A DNA stretch of 64,000 nucleotides from Alloacidobacterium sp. GTDB taxonomy: Bacteria > Acidobacteriota > Terriglobia > Terriglobales > Acidobacteriaceae. The notes under the pieces were generated by a model. The model worked only from the letters and a program-made list of their open reading frames with translations. It was not told the DNA's origin and searched no databases. Where the stretch lies: the NCBI GenBank assembly GCA_035293545.1, contig DATGMQ010000048.1:10831-74830 (forward strand). Reading direction: 5' to 3'. This document shows positions 18,145 through 27,876 of the stretch, piece by piece. Every line of letters starts with the position of its first letter. The stretch's first letter is position 1. A program made the translations under genes and the position numbers.

Positions 18145-21100
18145 ATGCTGAAGCTGAAAAAAATCCAGATTCTGGGCTTTAAATCTTTTTGCGATCGCAC
18201 CGAAGTAGTGCTTCCCGGACAAGGGATCGCTGTCGTTGTCGGGCCCAACGGATGCGGTAAGTCCAACATTCTGGATGGAGTTACCTGGGTACTGGGCGAG
18301 CAGAGCGCGAAAAGCCTGCGCGGCGGCAAAATGGAAGACGTCATCTTTGCCGGAACGCGCGACCGCAAGCCGCTGGGAATGGCCGAGGTCTCGATAACTC
18401 TCATTGATCCTGATGCTTACGCCGGCGGACCGCTTCTCGATGAACCGGAAATCGTAGTTGAAAATGAACTGGATGCGGACTGGGACGAAGAAAAACTTCG
18501 GGAGCAGCGCGCCGCAGAAGTCGAGGAAATCATCGCCGAATCGCAGCCCGGACAGGTCATCGAGGGTGAAGCTCCGGTACCAGCTGAGAGCCAGCCGGCA
18601 GAAGGAGAAGCCGCGAATAATGTGGTCCTCAAGATTCGTCGGCGCAAATTTCGCAAGACGCCGCAGCAGGGTGAAATCATCGTCACTCGCCGTCTTTTCC
18701 GCACCGGAGACAGCGAGTATCTGCTTAACGGCAAGCTCTGCCGGCTACGTGATATTCAGGACATCTTTATGGGCACCGGCCTCGGACCGGAGTCCTACGC
18801 CATCATCGGACAGGAGCGCATTGGCCAGCTGCTCAGCTCCAAGCCGCACGATCGCCGCGCCATTATCGAAGAAGCTGCCGGAATTACCCGCTTTAAAACC
18901 AAAAAGCGTCTCGCTGAGTTGCGTCTGGAGCAATCCAAGCAAAATCTTGCGCGCGTGAACGACATTTTTGAGGAAGTCACCCGGCAGATGGCCTCGCTGA
19001 AGCGGCAAGCAGCAAAGGCAGAGCGTTATGCCGCGCTGCGCGATGAGATGCGTGCCCGTCTGCGCATCGTGCTCGCCAGCAAGATCGCGCAAATGGATGC
19101 CGAGCACGCAAAATTCGAAGAAGAAATTGCCTCGTTCAGCCATAAGATCGATGAGCACATCGCTCATATCGAAGCGCTGGACACAGAGCATACCGCAGGC
19201 ATGCAACGTGGATATGAGCTGGACGCTGCTGCTAAAGAATCCCAAACACGGGCCAGCCAGAGCGCTGTGGAACTGGAGCGCGCTACTTCACGCCAGAATG
19301 CGAACAGCGAACGCATTACTGAACTGCAGTCACGCTCCGCTGCTTTCACTACGGAACTGGAACAGGCAAAGCAGCAGTTCGAAGGACTGAAAACTGAGCG
19401 TGAAACGAACCGCGCCTTCCTGGAAACTGTCGCTGCAGAAGCGCAAAGTTTCCGTGAGCAGGCACAGGCAAAACAGCAACAGGCGCGGGAAGCCGCGCAG
19501 GCAGTTACCGGGGCCGAGCAACGGGTTGAGAGCGCCCGCCGCCAGGCGATGCAGTTGCTTCAGCAGGTTGGGCAGACGCGCAACCAGATGACCCAGGCCG
19601 AAGAATCGCTTGCTGCGCTGGATCGCGATGCGCAACGTCTCAGCTCTGAAATGGCATCTGTGAAGCGCGATCTCGAATCGCTGGGCGCAGAGCGCGGACA
19701 GGTCTCGATCAAGTTCGAGTCCGTTACCGAAACTCTGAAGCGCCTTGAATTGGAAATCGGCGATCTCCGTAACGAGATCACCGCCAAACGTACGGCTGAG
19801 GTTGAAGCGAAGAAACGCGGTGATCAGCTCCGCGCCGAGCACGCAACCCTCACCGGCCAGCGCAATTCTCTTGACGCGCTGATCCGCGAGCACAGTTATT
19901 CTACCGATACGGTCCGCAAGCTCTTCCGCTCCAATTCTCTCGGTGGTGGCCTGGCCCCGGTTGGCACACTGGCTGATTTTCTCGAAGTTACCGGTCAACA
20001 CGAAAACGTCGTCGACGAATTTCTGCGCGATGAGCTGAATTACATCGTGGTCAAGAGCTGGGATGCAGCTCATGAAGGTATGCGGCTGCTCAAAACAGAC
20101 GTGAATGGCCGCGCCACTTTCCTCGTCCATCCGGAAGACGCGCAGGCGAAATTCTCTTTTGCCGGCGATGGGAACACCGGCAATCACTACGAGCAGCAGC
20201 ACGGTGTGGTACCGCTGAAAAGCTGCATCCGCGTGCTCGATGGTTTCGGCAAATCGCTTGAAGTCATTCTGCCCAAGCTGCGCGATGGCTATGTTACTCC
20301 GGACAGCGAGACAGCGCGTGGACTCGCACTCGAAAATCCGAATGCCTTCTTCCTCGCGCCATCGGGCGAATGCTTCCACAATGTAACGGTGACCGGAGGC
20401 AAGCCCAGCGCTGCCGGTCCGCTGGCTTTGAAGCGCGAACTGCGTGAAACGCAGCAGAAGCTGGAAGTTGTCGAAAAAGAGCTGGGGCAAGCTGATATTA
20501 CCGCCGCTTCTCTTTCCCGCGAGCTTGCCGAACTGACGCGCCAACTCGACATCAAAACCGAAGAGCGCCGCAATGCCGAACGCGAGAGCGCCAACCAGAG
20601 CGCTGCCCTCCGTCAGATGGACTCTGAGGTGCAGCGCCTGGAACGCCGGTTGCAGGAATGGAACCTGCAGAATGAGCGCAATAAAGACCAGCGTAATGCA
20701 AAGCAAGGCTTCATCGAGCGGAAGCGCGAAGAGATTTCGCGTTTGGAAAACGAGCATGCCGCTGCTGAAAAGTCTCTCGAAGAAGTTCAGCAGCAGGTCG
20801 AAGTATTGCGCGGCGCGCGTGAAGCAGCGCAACAGGAAGCAGCGCAGATGTCTGCCGAGCTGGCGGGGCTTGAAGAACGCCGCCGTGGCGCGGAAGCCGC
20901 TTTTGCCCGCATCGACAGCATGTTCAGAGATTTGGAACGCCGCGTTATTCAGCTCGAACAGCAGCTTTCTGCCGCTGCTTCCGAGCAGCAGCAGCGCGCA
21001 CAGGAAAATGAACAACTTGCTTTACAGCGCGAAGAGCTGACGCACGTCCGCGAGCAGGCGCAGCAGGAAGTAGCTCGCCTGAGTGAAGAAGCAAAGACAC

Positions 21101-21996
21101 TGCGAGCCGGTCTTGCTGAGACAGAACATAAGCTGAAAGTTTTACGCGCAGAAACCGACGCTCTGCGTGAAAGCCGCAGTCAGCACAGTTCGAGCGACGC
21201 AACCCTTACAGCTGATCTGAAGCATCTGGAAGAGACCTGCCTTAGCGATCTCGGCGTTGAAGCCTCAGCACTCCGCGAAGACAATGAGATTGCCCGGATT
21301 GAAGGCGAAGCACTCGCAGCAGAAGACGAGGCGTGCCGTGGGCTGAAGCAGAAGCTCGAAAATATGGGTCCGGTAAACATGATGGCCCTCGAAGAGTACA
21401 AAGAAACCGAGCAGCGGCATCAGTTTTTGGAAACGCAGCGCAAAGACCTGCTCGACTCGATCGAGAACACGCAGGCCACAATTAAAGAAATCGACGAAAT
21501 CTCGCGCACGAAATTCGATGAGGCTTTCGTCCGCATCAACGAAAACTTCAGCGCGACCTTCGCAAGACTGTTCGGTGGCGGACAGGCCTTTATGCGTCTC
21601 ACTGATGAAGAGAACGCTGCGGACAGCGGCGTAGATATCGTTGCCCAGCCGCCGGGGAAAAAGCTGCAGAATGTTTTCCTGCTCTCCGGTGGAGAAAAAG
21701 CGCTCACCGCCCTTTCGTTGCTCATGGGCATCTTCCAATATCAGCCAAGTCCGTTCTGTGTGCTTGACGAAGTGGATGCGCCTCTCGATGAAACTAACGT
21801 GGGCCGCCTCGCTGATATGCTGCGCAGCATGTCGAGCAATACGCAGTTCGTGATGGTCACACACTCGAAGCGCATGATGACGGCCGCTGATCTGATTTAC
21901 GGCGTGACGATGCAGGAGCAGGGCGTGTCAAAGATTGTGAGTGTGCGTATGGGCGGACAGGAAAAGGGATTCGAAGCACGCCGTGCCACTGCATAA
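18145..21996 (+). CDS. smc: Chromosome segregation protein SMC
   Basis: Walker A GPNGCGKSN, long coiled coils, hinge, LSGGEK signature, LDEVDAPLD Walker B. Confidence 0.97.
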   Translation: MLKLKKIQILGFKSFCDRTEVVLPGQGIAVVVGPNGCGKSNILDGVTWVLGEQSAKSLRGGKMEDVIFAGTRDRKPLGMAEVSITLIDPDAYAGGPLLDEPEIVVENELDADWDEEKLREQRAAEVEEIIAESQPGQVIEGEAPVPAESQPAEGEAANNVVLKIRRRKFRKTPQQGEIIVTRRLFRTGDSEYLLNGKLCRLRDIQDIFMGTGLGPESYAIIGQERIGQLLSSKPHDRRAIIEEAAGITRFKTKKRLAELRLEQSKQNLARVNDIFEEVTRQMASLKRQAAKAERYAALRDEMRARLRIVLASKIAQMDAEHAKFEEEIASFSHKIDEHIAHIEALDTEHTAGMQRGYELDAAAKESQTRASQSAVELERATSRQNANSERITELQSRSAAFTTELEQAKQQFEGLKTERETNRAFLETVAAEAQSFREQAQAKQQQAREAAQAVTGAEQRVESARRQAMQLLQQVGQTRNQMTQAEESLAALDRDAQRLSSEMASVKRDLESLGAERGQVSIKFESVTETLKRLELEIGDLRNEITAKRTAEVEAKKRGDQLRAEHATLTGQRNSLDALIREHSYSTDTVRKLFRSNSLGGGLAPVGTLADFLEVTGQHENVVDEFLRDELNYIVVKSWDAAHEGMRLLKTDVNGRATFLVHPEDAQAKFSFAGDGNTGNHYEQQHGVVPLKSCIRVLDGFGKSLEVILPKLRDGYVTPDSETARGLALENPNAFFLAPSGECFHNVTVTGGKPSAAGPLALKRELRETQQKLEVVEKELGQADITAASLSRELAELTRQLDIKTEERRNAERESANQSAALRQMDSEVQRLERRLQEWNLQNERNKDQRNAKQGFIERKREEISRLENEHAAAEKSLEEVQQQVEVLRGAREAAQQEAAQMSAELAGLEERRRGAEAAFARIDSMFRDLERRVIQLEQQLSAAASEQQQRAQENEQLALQREELTHVREQAQQEVARLSEEAKTLRAGLAETEHKLKVLRAETDALRESRSQHSSSDATLTADLKHLEETCLSDLGVEASALREDNEIARIEGEALAAEDEACRGLKQKLENMGPVNMMALEEYKETEQRHQFLETQRKDLLDSIENTQATIKEIDEISRTKFDEAFVRINENFSATFARLFGGGQAFMRLTDEENAADSGVDIVAQPPGKKLQNVFLLSGGEKALTALSLLMGIFQYQPSPFCVLDEVDAPLDETNVGRLADMLRSMSSNTQFVMVTHSKRMMTAADLIYGVTMQEQGVSKIVSVRMGGQEKGFEARRATA

Positions 21997-22010
21997 TTAA
22001 ACCAACGTGC

Positions 22011-22146
22011 TGTCATCCTGGGCGAAGGGAAGGACCTGCTTCTCCTTCCCTTATCAAAAAGCTAGTGCGCCTTTTTGCAATTACATCGTAGCTTGAGGCA
22101 AAAAAGCAGGCCCTTCCGCTTCACTCGGTTCAGCGTCAGGATGACA
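22011..22146. repeat. Gene-less inverted pair of TGTC-tagged REPs (REPIN/MITE-like, 136 bp)
   Basis: TGTCATCCTGGGCGAAGGGAAGGACCTGCTT (22011-22041) and AAGCAGGCCCTTCC...TCAGGATGACA (22104-22146). Confidence 0.85.
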
Positions 22147-22353
22147 TCCACAGGTAATTCTCCAGGAGAATAACCATAAATAATTTGTTGTTTATTTCTC
22201 TTCTATTCTTCTATTTTTCTCTCTTGACAGACTGAGATTGTCCGTGACAGGACGTTACATCGTTACATTTCATGCGCATTTACGATGCGTTGACAAACTT
22301 TCTCGACAGAAGCAGAATCAACTTTCAGCCTCTCTGCGAAAGGTACGACCCCC

Positions 22354-23247
22354 TTGCCAGCTCTTCTCGAAACCGAAATCGGCGATCTTGTTTTGCACGC
22401 GCGCGGCAAGGTGCGCGACTTGTATTCGGTAGGCGAGTTTCTACTCTTAGTGGCGACCGACCGCATCTCGGCATTTGATCACGTGCTGGCTACAGGAATC
22501 CCCGGCAAAGGAAAGGTCCTGACGCAGATTTCTCTTTTCTGGTTCGACTTCCTGAAGGAGATCGTTCCCAACCATCTCATCACAGCAGAAGTGAGCAAAT
22601 ATCCGGAAGAGTTGCGCGGCTATGAAAATGAGCTGCGCGACCGATCCATGCTGGTGAAGCGCGCGCAGATGTTTCCCGTCGAATGTGTCGTGCGTGGTTA
22701 TCTTTCCGGTTCGGGGTGGAAAGATTATCAGGCCACCGGCGCGGTATGCGGGATTCCGCTGCCGAAAGGTTTGCGCGAATCGGACAAGCTGCCTGAGCCG
22801 ATCTTTACGCCTGCCACCAAGAACCTGCATGGCAAGCACGACGAAAATATTTCATTTGAGCAGATGGTCGCGCTTATCGGGGCACAATCCGCAGCATCTC
22901 TGCGCGACCTGAGCCTTGCCATTTATCAGAAGGCATCGAGTCACGCTGAGAGCCGCGGCCTGATTCTCGCGGACACCAAGTTTGAATTTGGAACAACAGC
23001 CGAAGGCATCATACTCGCAGACGAAGTTCTGACACCGGACTCATCGCGCTTCTGGCCGCGAGACCGATACGCGCCGGGCGGCGCGCAGCCTTCGTTTGAT
23101 AAGCAATTTGTACGTGACTATCTTGAGAGCATTCACTGGAACAAACAGGCGCCTGCCCCCGGTCTGCCGGATGATGTAGTGAAAAAAACACAGGAAAAAT
23201 ATTTCCAGGCATATGAACTTCTTACTGGAAATTCGCTGTCGCTGTAG
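22354..23247 (+). CDS. purC: SAICAR synthetase
   Basis: GKVRDLY, TDRISAFD, ECVVRGYL, DTKFEFG, DEVLTPDSSRFW, FDKQFVRD. Confidence 0.97.
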   Translation: MPALLETEIGDLVLHARGKVRDLYSVGEFLLLVATDRISAFDHVLATGIPGKGKVLTQISLFWFDFLKEIVPNHLITAEVSKYPEELRGYENELRDRSMLVKRAQMFPVECVVRGYLSGSGWKDYQATGAVCGIPLPKGLRESDKLPEPIFTPATKNLHGKHDENISFEQMVALIGAQSAASLRDLSLAIYQKASSHAESRGLILADTKFEFGTTAEGIILADEVLTPDSSRFWPRDRYAPGGAQPSFDKQFVRDYLESIHWNKQAPAPGLPDDVVKKTQEKYFQAYELLTGNSLSL

Positions 23248-23270
23248 AAGCAAGAGGTAGATGACCGGGT

Positions 23271-23864
23271 ATGGCACTGATCGATTGGGCGATTGTAATT
23301 ATCCTGATCGTCTCAGTATTGAGCGCGGCCAAACATGGTTTTTTTGTAGAAGCGTTCTCGCTGGCGGGTGTGGTGCTTGGATTGCTCCTTGCCAGTTGGA
23401 ATTATCAAAAAGTTCTCCCGTGGATCACCGAATGGGTGCACTCTCCGGGAGCAGCAGAGGCAATCGCATTTATCGTAATTGCGATTGCAGTAATGGTGAT
23501 TGCAGGACTTGCGGGCCGGTTGATTCGCTGGTCTGTTCGCTCCATCGGGCTGGGATGGGCTGACCGTTTTGTCGGGGCCGTCTTCGGCCTGCTGAAGGGT
23601 TGCGTGCTGGTGACGCTGGGAGTCATGGCAATTTCAGCTTTCCTGCCGCATGTTACCTGGATGGAGCAGTCGAAATTTGCGCCGTATTTTTTGTCTGCGG
23701 CACATGAGGCATCTGTAGTAACTCCCGCTCAGCTTGGTGAGCGCATACGGGAGGGTGTTAAAGTGATTCGCGATGCGCAACCAGACTGGTTAAAGCCGCA
23801 TGCGGCGATCACCTCCGGGCCCTTGCAACGGAATCAAATACAACCGGGAACATACCTGGTATGA
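23271..23864 (+). CDS. cvpA: CvpA family membrane protein
   Basis: IDWAIVII..GFFVE, LGWADRFVGAVFGLLKG; downstream of a pur gene. Confidence 0.88.
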   Translation: MALIDWAIVIILIVSVLSAAKHGFFVEAFSLAGVVLGLLLASWNYQKVLPWITEWVHSPGAAEAIAFIVIAIAVMVIAGLAGRLIRWSVRSIGLGWADRFVGAVFGLLKGCVLVTLGVMAISAFLPHVTWMEQSKFAPYFLSAAHEASVVTPAQLGERIREGVKVIRDAQPDWLKPHAAITSGPLQRNQIQPGTYLV

Positions 23865-23877
23865 GAAAGAGGTTTTT

Positions 23878-24156
23878 GTGAAACGCGAACTGGAAGCCCT
23901 TGTGTCAGCGATGCATGCCGGCGGTATTACCTATGCTGAAGCTGTGCGTGAATTTAAGCGCCGATACCTGCTCGAGGTACTTGCGAGCAACAGGGGCAAC
24001 CAGTGTAAAGCCGCAAAGGAGCTGGGCATGCATCGCAACACGCTCAGCCGTACCATCGCTGAATTGAATATTGACCCAGCACAGGTCCGCAATGGACTCA
24101 AGCGCCCGCCGCGCAGCGAGCGTCCTGTATTTGAGGTGAAGCAGGTCGTGCGCTGA
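23878..24156 (+). CDS. Fis-like helix-turn-helix protein
   Basis: GNQCKAAKELGMHRNTL HTH_8 motif; GTG start after GAGG. Confidence 0.85.
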   Translation: MKRELEALVSAMHAGGITYAEAVREFKRRYLLEVLASNRGNQCKAAKELGMHRNTLSRTIAELNIDPAQVRNGLKRPPRSERPVFEVKQVVR

Positions 24157-24200
24157 AAAGCCGTGGTCTCTGCTTTACTCTATAAAGAGACCACGGAGAG

Positions 24201-24974
24201 GTGAACGATCCGGTGAGTTCCACCACAATCGACTCATTATTGGCGCAGGCTGAGAGCAGCCCGCGAACTTATATTCAGGATGGCTTCTTCTGGGACCAGC
24301 AGGATGCCTATCTATTCGATATTGACGGCACAATCCTGCGCAGCCGCGACCGCATTCACTATCAATCCTTCTTTGAGGGCGTTCGCAGCGTTATGGGTCG
24401 CGAGCTCGTGCTGGATGGCGTTACGCTCAGCGGCAATACCGATCCCGGCATTCTTTATGATGCATTTCGTCTCGCTGAGCTTGATCCACACCATTGGGAA
24501 CACAAGCTTGGAGACGTGCTGGAGCACATGCGAACCACGGTCGCAGCACAGCGCGACCAGATGGATCTGATAAAGATGCCTGGTGTCGATGAGATTCTGG
24601 CTTATCTGCACGGCAAAGGCGCGGCGCTGGGCATCGGTACAGGAAATCTCGAATCTATCGGCTGGCTGAAGCTGGAAGTGCTGGGTGTACGCCACTGGTT
24701 CACTTTTGGCGGATTCGCTGATAACTTCCCTGTCCGCTCTGACATGATTACCGATGCAGCAAAGCAGGCGTGCGGTATCAAAGGCGCTGAGGCAAAAGTC
24801 TGTGTTGTAGGCGACACACCCTTCGACATTGCAGCGGCGAAGGCGAATCACTTGCCAACCATTGCCGTCGCCACGGGTCATTATTCGTTCGATGAATTGA
24901 TGGAGCACCGGCCCGAAGTGTGCGTCAGTACATTATCAGCACTGCTTTCCAAAACGGACTCTGCCAGGGCATGA
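24201..24974 (+). CDS. HAD-family hydrolase
   Basis: LFDIDGT and VGDTPFDI motifs. Confidence 0.9.
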   Translation: MNDPVSSTTIDSLLAQAESSPRTYIQDGFFWDQQDAYLFDIDGTILRSRDRIHYQSFFEGVRSVMGRELVLDGVTLSGNTDPGILYDAFRLAELDPHHWEHKLGDVLEHMRTTVAAQRDQMDLIKMPGVDEILAYLHGKGAALGIGTGNLESIGWLKLEVLGVRHWFTFGGFADNFPVRSDMITDAAKQACGIKGAEAKVCVVGDTPFDIAAAKANHLPTIAVATGHYSFDELMEHRPEVCVSTLSALLSKTDSARA

Positions 24975-26845
24975 TTCTACGCGTCAGACTGCTGTTTTTC
25001 TGCGCGATCTTTACCTGCGCCAGTGCCAGTGCGCTCGCGCAGTCCGCGCCGGATTCTGCCCAGAAACCCGTGTCAGAACACGAAAGAATTGAAGCGTCCA
25101 AAGCGTATCTGGACGGGGCAAAGGCCCTCCAGAAGAATGACCTGCGGGAGGCCGAAAAGCAGTTCGAACGCGCCAAGACGCTCGATCCCGACAATACGCA
25201 GTATTCCGCTGCATTGACCATTGCAAAAGAGCACCTGCTCACACAACTGGTGCAGGATGCCGGCAAAGAGCGATTGATGGGGCACGACAACGCTGCGCGC
25301 TCTTTCCTAGCCCAGGCTTACCTGATTGATCCGAACAATCCGATCGTGCAGCAGCACATCGACGATCTGGCGAGCGGTGATGAATCTCGCGAAGCGGTTC
25401 TTCTTCCCGCAGCCGAGCAGGCCGGCCCGCCAGTTGAGCTGTCTCCAAGAGAAGGCACGCAAAGTTTTCATATCCGCAGCGCTGCCACAGATGTATTGCG
25501 GCAAGTACTTACGGCTTTTAACATCTCTCCGGTGTTTGACGCTTCCATCAGAAACCAGATTGTCCGCTTTGACGCCGACGATGTGAATTTCAGGCAAGCT
25601 GCTGCGATGCTTAAGCTCTCCACGAATACGTTTTTTGTTCCGCTGGACGAAAAACGCGTCCTTATCGCGCAGGATACGAAGGAAAATCGCGCAAAATTTC
25701 AGCGCGAAGTGATGGAAACCGTCTATTTGCCTGGACTTACTGCGACAGAGATGAGCGATATGGGCAATATCGCGCGTAACGTGTTTGAAGCACAACAGGC
25801 GACCATTCAGGCTGAAGCGCACACGCTTACCATCCGCGCGCCGCAGGACCGCATCTCTGCTTTAAATCACACTTTTGTCGATCTGCTTGATGGTCGGAGC
25901 CAGGTCCTACTGGAGCTTCGTCTTTATCAGGTCGCGCGCACGCGCATGACCAACATCGGAGCGCAGCTTCCGCAATCCACTTCCATTTTCAATGTTCCGA
26001 CGGAAGTGAATAAGATCATTCAGGCAAATCAGAGCGCCGTGCAGCAGATCATTTCGTCAGGCCTGGCGTCTGCCGGCGATGATGTGGCCATCGTTGCTAT
26101 TCTCATTGCTACGGGGGTTGTCTCCGGCACTGTTTTCAATCAGCCATTTGCTCTCTTCGGTGGCGGAATTACAGAAAGCGGTCTGACGCTGAACCAGGGG
26201 GCAACGCTGAATATCGCGCTTAATTCATCCGACACGCGGGTCCTCGATCAGATCCAGCTGCGCATACAGGACCAGGAAGATGCCACTATTCGCAGCGGCA
26301 CTCGCTACCCGATCATTACATCTACCTATTCGGGATTGACCGGGACTTCGCTGGGCATACCCGGTGTATCGCAAGCGGGCTTATCCAGCGCGCTGCAGAA
26401 TCTCGGGATCAATCCTTCCGCGCTGCAAAGCACTACGAACCAGACCATTCCGCAGGTGCAATATGAAGACCTTGGTTTGACGCTGAAAGCTACGCCGCAT
26501 ATCCAACAGAACAAAGACGTCGCTCTCAAACTCGATCTGAAGATCGAATCGCTGACCGGACAGACGCTGAACGGCAATCCCATTCTCAACAATCAGCAAT
26601 ACACAGGAAATGTAACGCTGGCACAGGGTGAGAGCGCGCTGGTCGTTAGTAATCTGAACCGCCAGCAGAGCGCGGCTGTCAGCGGTATTCCGGGACTCAG
26701 CGAGCTGCCCGGCTTTCAGTCCACCACAAACAAAGAAAGCACTGTGGACGTCTCAAAGCTGGTGATTCTTATCACGCCACACATTGTTCGTCTGAGTCAT
26801 ACCAAGCCTGCCAGCCAGCTGGTGATGCTGCCGGTCCATCCGTAA
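24971..26845 (+). CDS. Secretin-family outer-membrane protein (GspD-like) with N-terminal TPR-like region
   Basis: Signal peptide; QVQYEDLGLTLKATPHI, SGIPGLSELPG and LVILITPHIV secretin motifs; ATGA overlap with the HAD gene. Confidence 0.85.
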   Translation: MILRVRLLFFCAIFTCASASALAQSAPDSAQKPVSEHERIEASKAYLDGAKALQKNDLREAEKQFERAKTLDPDNTQYSAALTIAKEHLLTQLVQDAGKERLMGHDNAARSFLAQAYLIDPNNPIVQQHIDDLASGDESREAVLLPAAEQAGPPVELSPREGTQSFHIRSAATDVLRQVLTAFNISPVFDASIRNQIVRFDADDVNFRQAAAMLKLSTNTFFVPLDEKRVLIAQDTKENRAKFQREVMETVYLPGLTATEMSDMGNIARNVFEAQQATIQAEAHTLTIRAPQDRISALNHTFVDLLDGRSQVLLELRLYQVARTRMTNIGAQLPQSTSIFNVPTEVNKIIQANQSAVQQIISSGLASAGDDVAIVAILIATGVVSGTVFNQPFALFGGGITESGLTLNQGATLNIALNSSDTRVLDQIQLRIQDQEDATIRSGTRYPIITSTYSGLTGTSLGIPGVSQAGLSSALQNLGINPSALQSTTNQTIPQVQYEDLGLTLKATPHIQQNKDVALKLDLKIESLTGQTLNGNPILNNQQYTGNVTLAQGESALVVSNLNRQQSAAVSGIPGLSELPGFQSTTNKESTVDVSKLVILITPHIVRLSHTKPASQLVMLPVHP

Positions 26846-26847
26846 CG

Positions 26848-27834
26848 CTATTTATCTTCCTTCGCCTGGAACTCCACAATCTTCTTCAGCGTTTCATACG
26901 GAGCCGCTCCCATGGGAATGCCGCGGCCATTCACAAACAACGTCGGGGTCTCATTCACATTCAGCGTTTGCGCCAGCTTCATAGAAGCTTCAACCGTAGC
27001 TTTTGCCTCAGGAGTGAGCGCGCATGATCCGACCTTAGCAGCATCAGCTCCGGCTTTGGTCGCAGCATCATTCAATGTGCTGTCAGAAGTCTGCGGCGTC
27101 AGGGCTGTCTGGTTCTCAAATACAAGATCGGCAAATTTAAAGAATGCGTCATTGCCGTTCAGTTTGGCTACGCAGACGCTGTAAAGCGCAGCCTTCATCG
27201 CCTCGGTATGGATGGAGGTGAGTGGAAGGTTTTCAAAGACATAGCGCGCATTGGGAAAGTCCTGCAATAGCCGCTGGACGGTCGGTTGCGCAGCTTTGCA
27301 GTGGGGACATTCAAAATCAGCAAATTCCACCAGCAATAAGTCTTTGGATGTTGCTCCGCGCGAAGGGCCGTTCGCCTCTGCCTGAAGAATTTTGCGCGGG
27401 GCATCAAATGGGCGCGCCCCGAAAGGCATTACTTCGTTCGAGATCAAGTGCTGCCCGTCTGGAGTGGTGAAAAACTGAAGTGTTCCAATTTGCGGATTGG
27501 TTTTCTGTGCCGCCAGCACCGTCACCTTGCTCACTCCGGGAGCCGCTGTCTTCTGAATCGCCTGTATTTGCCAGATGCGGTCCGGATCGTATCCCCAGAA
27601 CTGATGCAGAAATGCATTCACTGTGTCTTTGCTAGGCGTATCCGTCGTGAAATTCGCCGGGTCCACAGGAGGAAACTGCGGCGGCCCGGATGGTTTCGGC
27701 GCAGCCTGAGCGGTTGCACTCGGCGCGGTGGGCACTTCTTCCGTAGTCGAGGTTTGCGCGCGCAGCGCTGTCGAGGCTATACCTACAATGACAATCGCAA
27801 AAAGAGAATTGCGAAATGAAGCAGACAGTTGCAT
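26848..27834 (-). CDS. DsbA-family thioredoxin-fold protein
   Basis: Signal peptide; EFADFECPHC; TPTLFVNG. Confidence 0.9.
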   Translation of the reverse strand: MQLSASFRNSLFAIVIVGIASTALRAQTSTTEEVPTAPSATAQAAPKPSGPPQFPPVDPANFTTDTPSKDTVNAFLHQFWGYDPDRIWQIQAIQKTAAPGVSKVTVLAAQKTNPQIGTLQFFTTPDGQHLISNEVMPFGARPFDAPRKILQAEANGPSRGATSKDLLLVEFADFECPHCKAAQPTVQRLLQDFPNARYVFENLPLTSIHTEAMKAALYSVCVAKLNGNDAFFKFADLVFENQTALTPQTSDSTLNDAATKAGADAAKVGSCALTPEAKATVEASMKLAQTLNVNETPTLFVNGRGIPMGAAPYETLKKIVEFQAKEDK

Positions 27835-27876
27835 GAAATTCCTTTCTGCCGAAGCAGCGGGGTTCTAAAACAGAGT

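Noticed and set aside
18403-18672. Intein in SMC
   Set aside because: No N-terminal Cys/Ser or C-terminal His-Asn splice motifs; treated as a plain insertion.
19330-21015. 561-aa minus-strand ORF inside smc (likewise 57487-58530 and 59396-60835 opposite tig and clpX)
   Set aside because: Antisense frames of conserved genes with strong codon bias; no independent coding signal.
22253-22268. CGTTACAT tandem duplication upstream of purC
   Set aside because: Only two 8-bp units; could be a regulator site but is indistinguishable from chance here.
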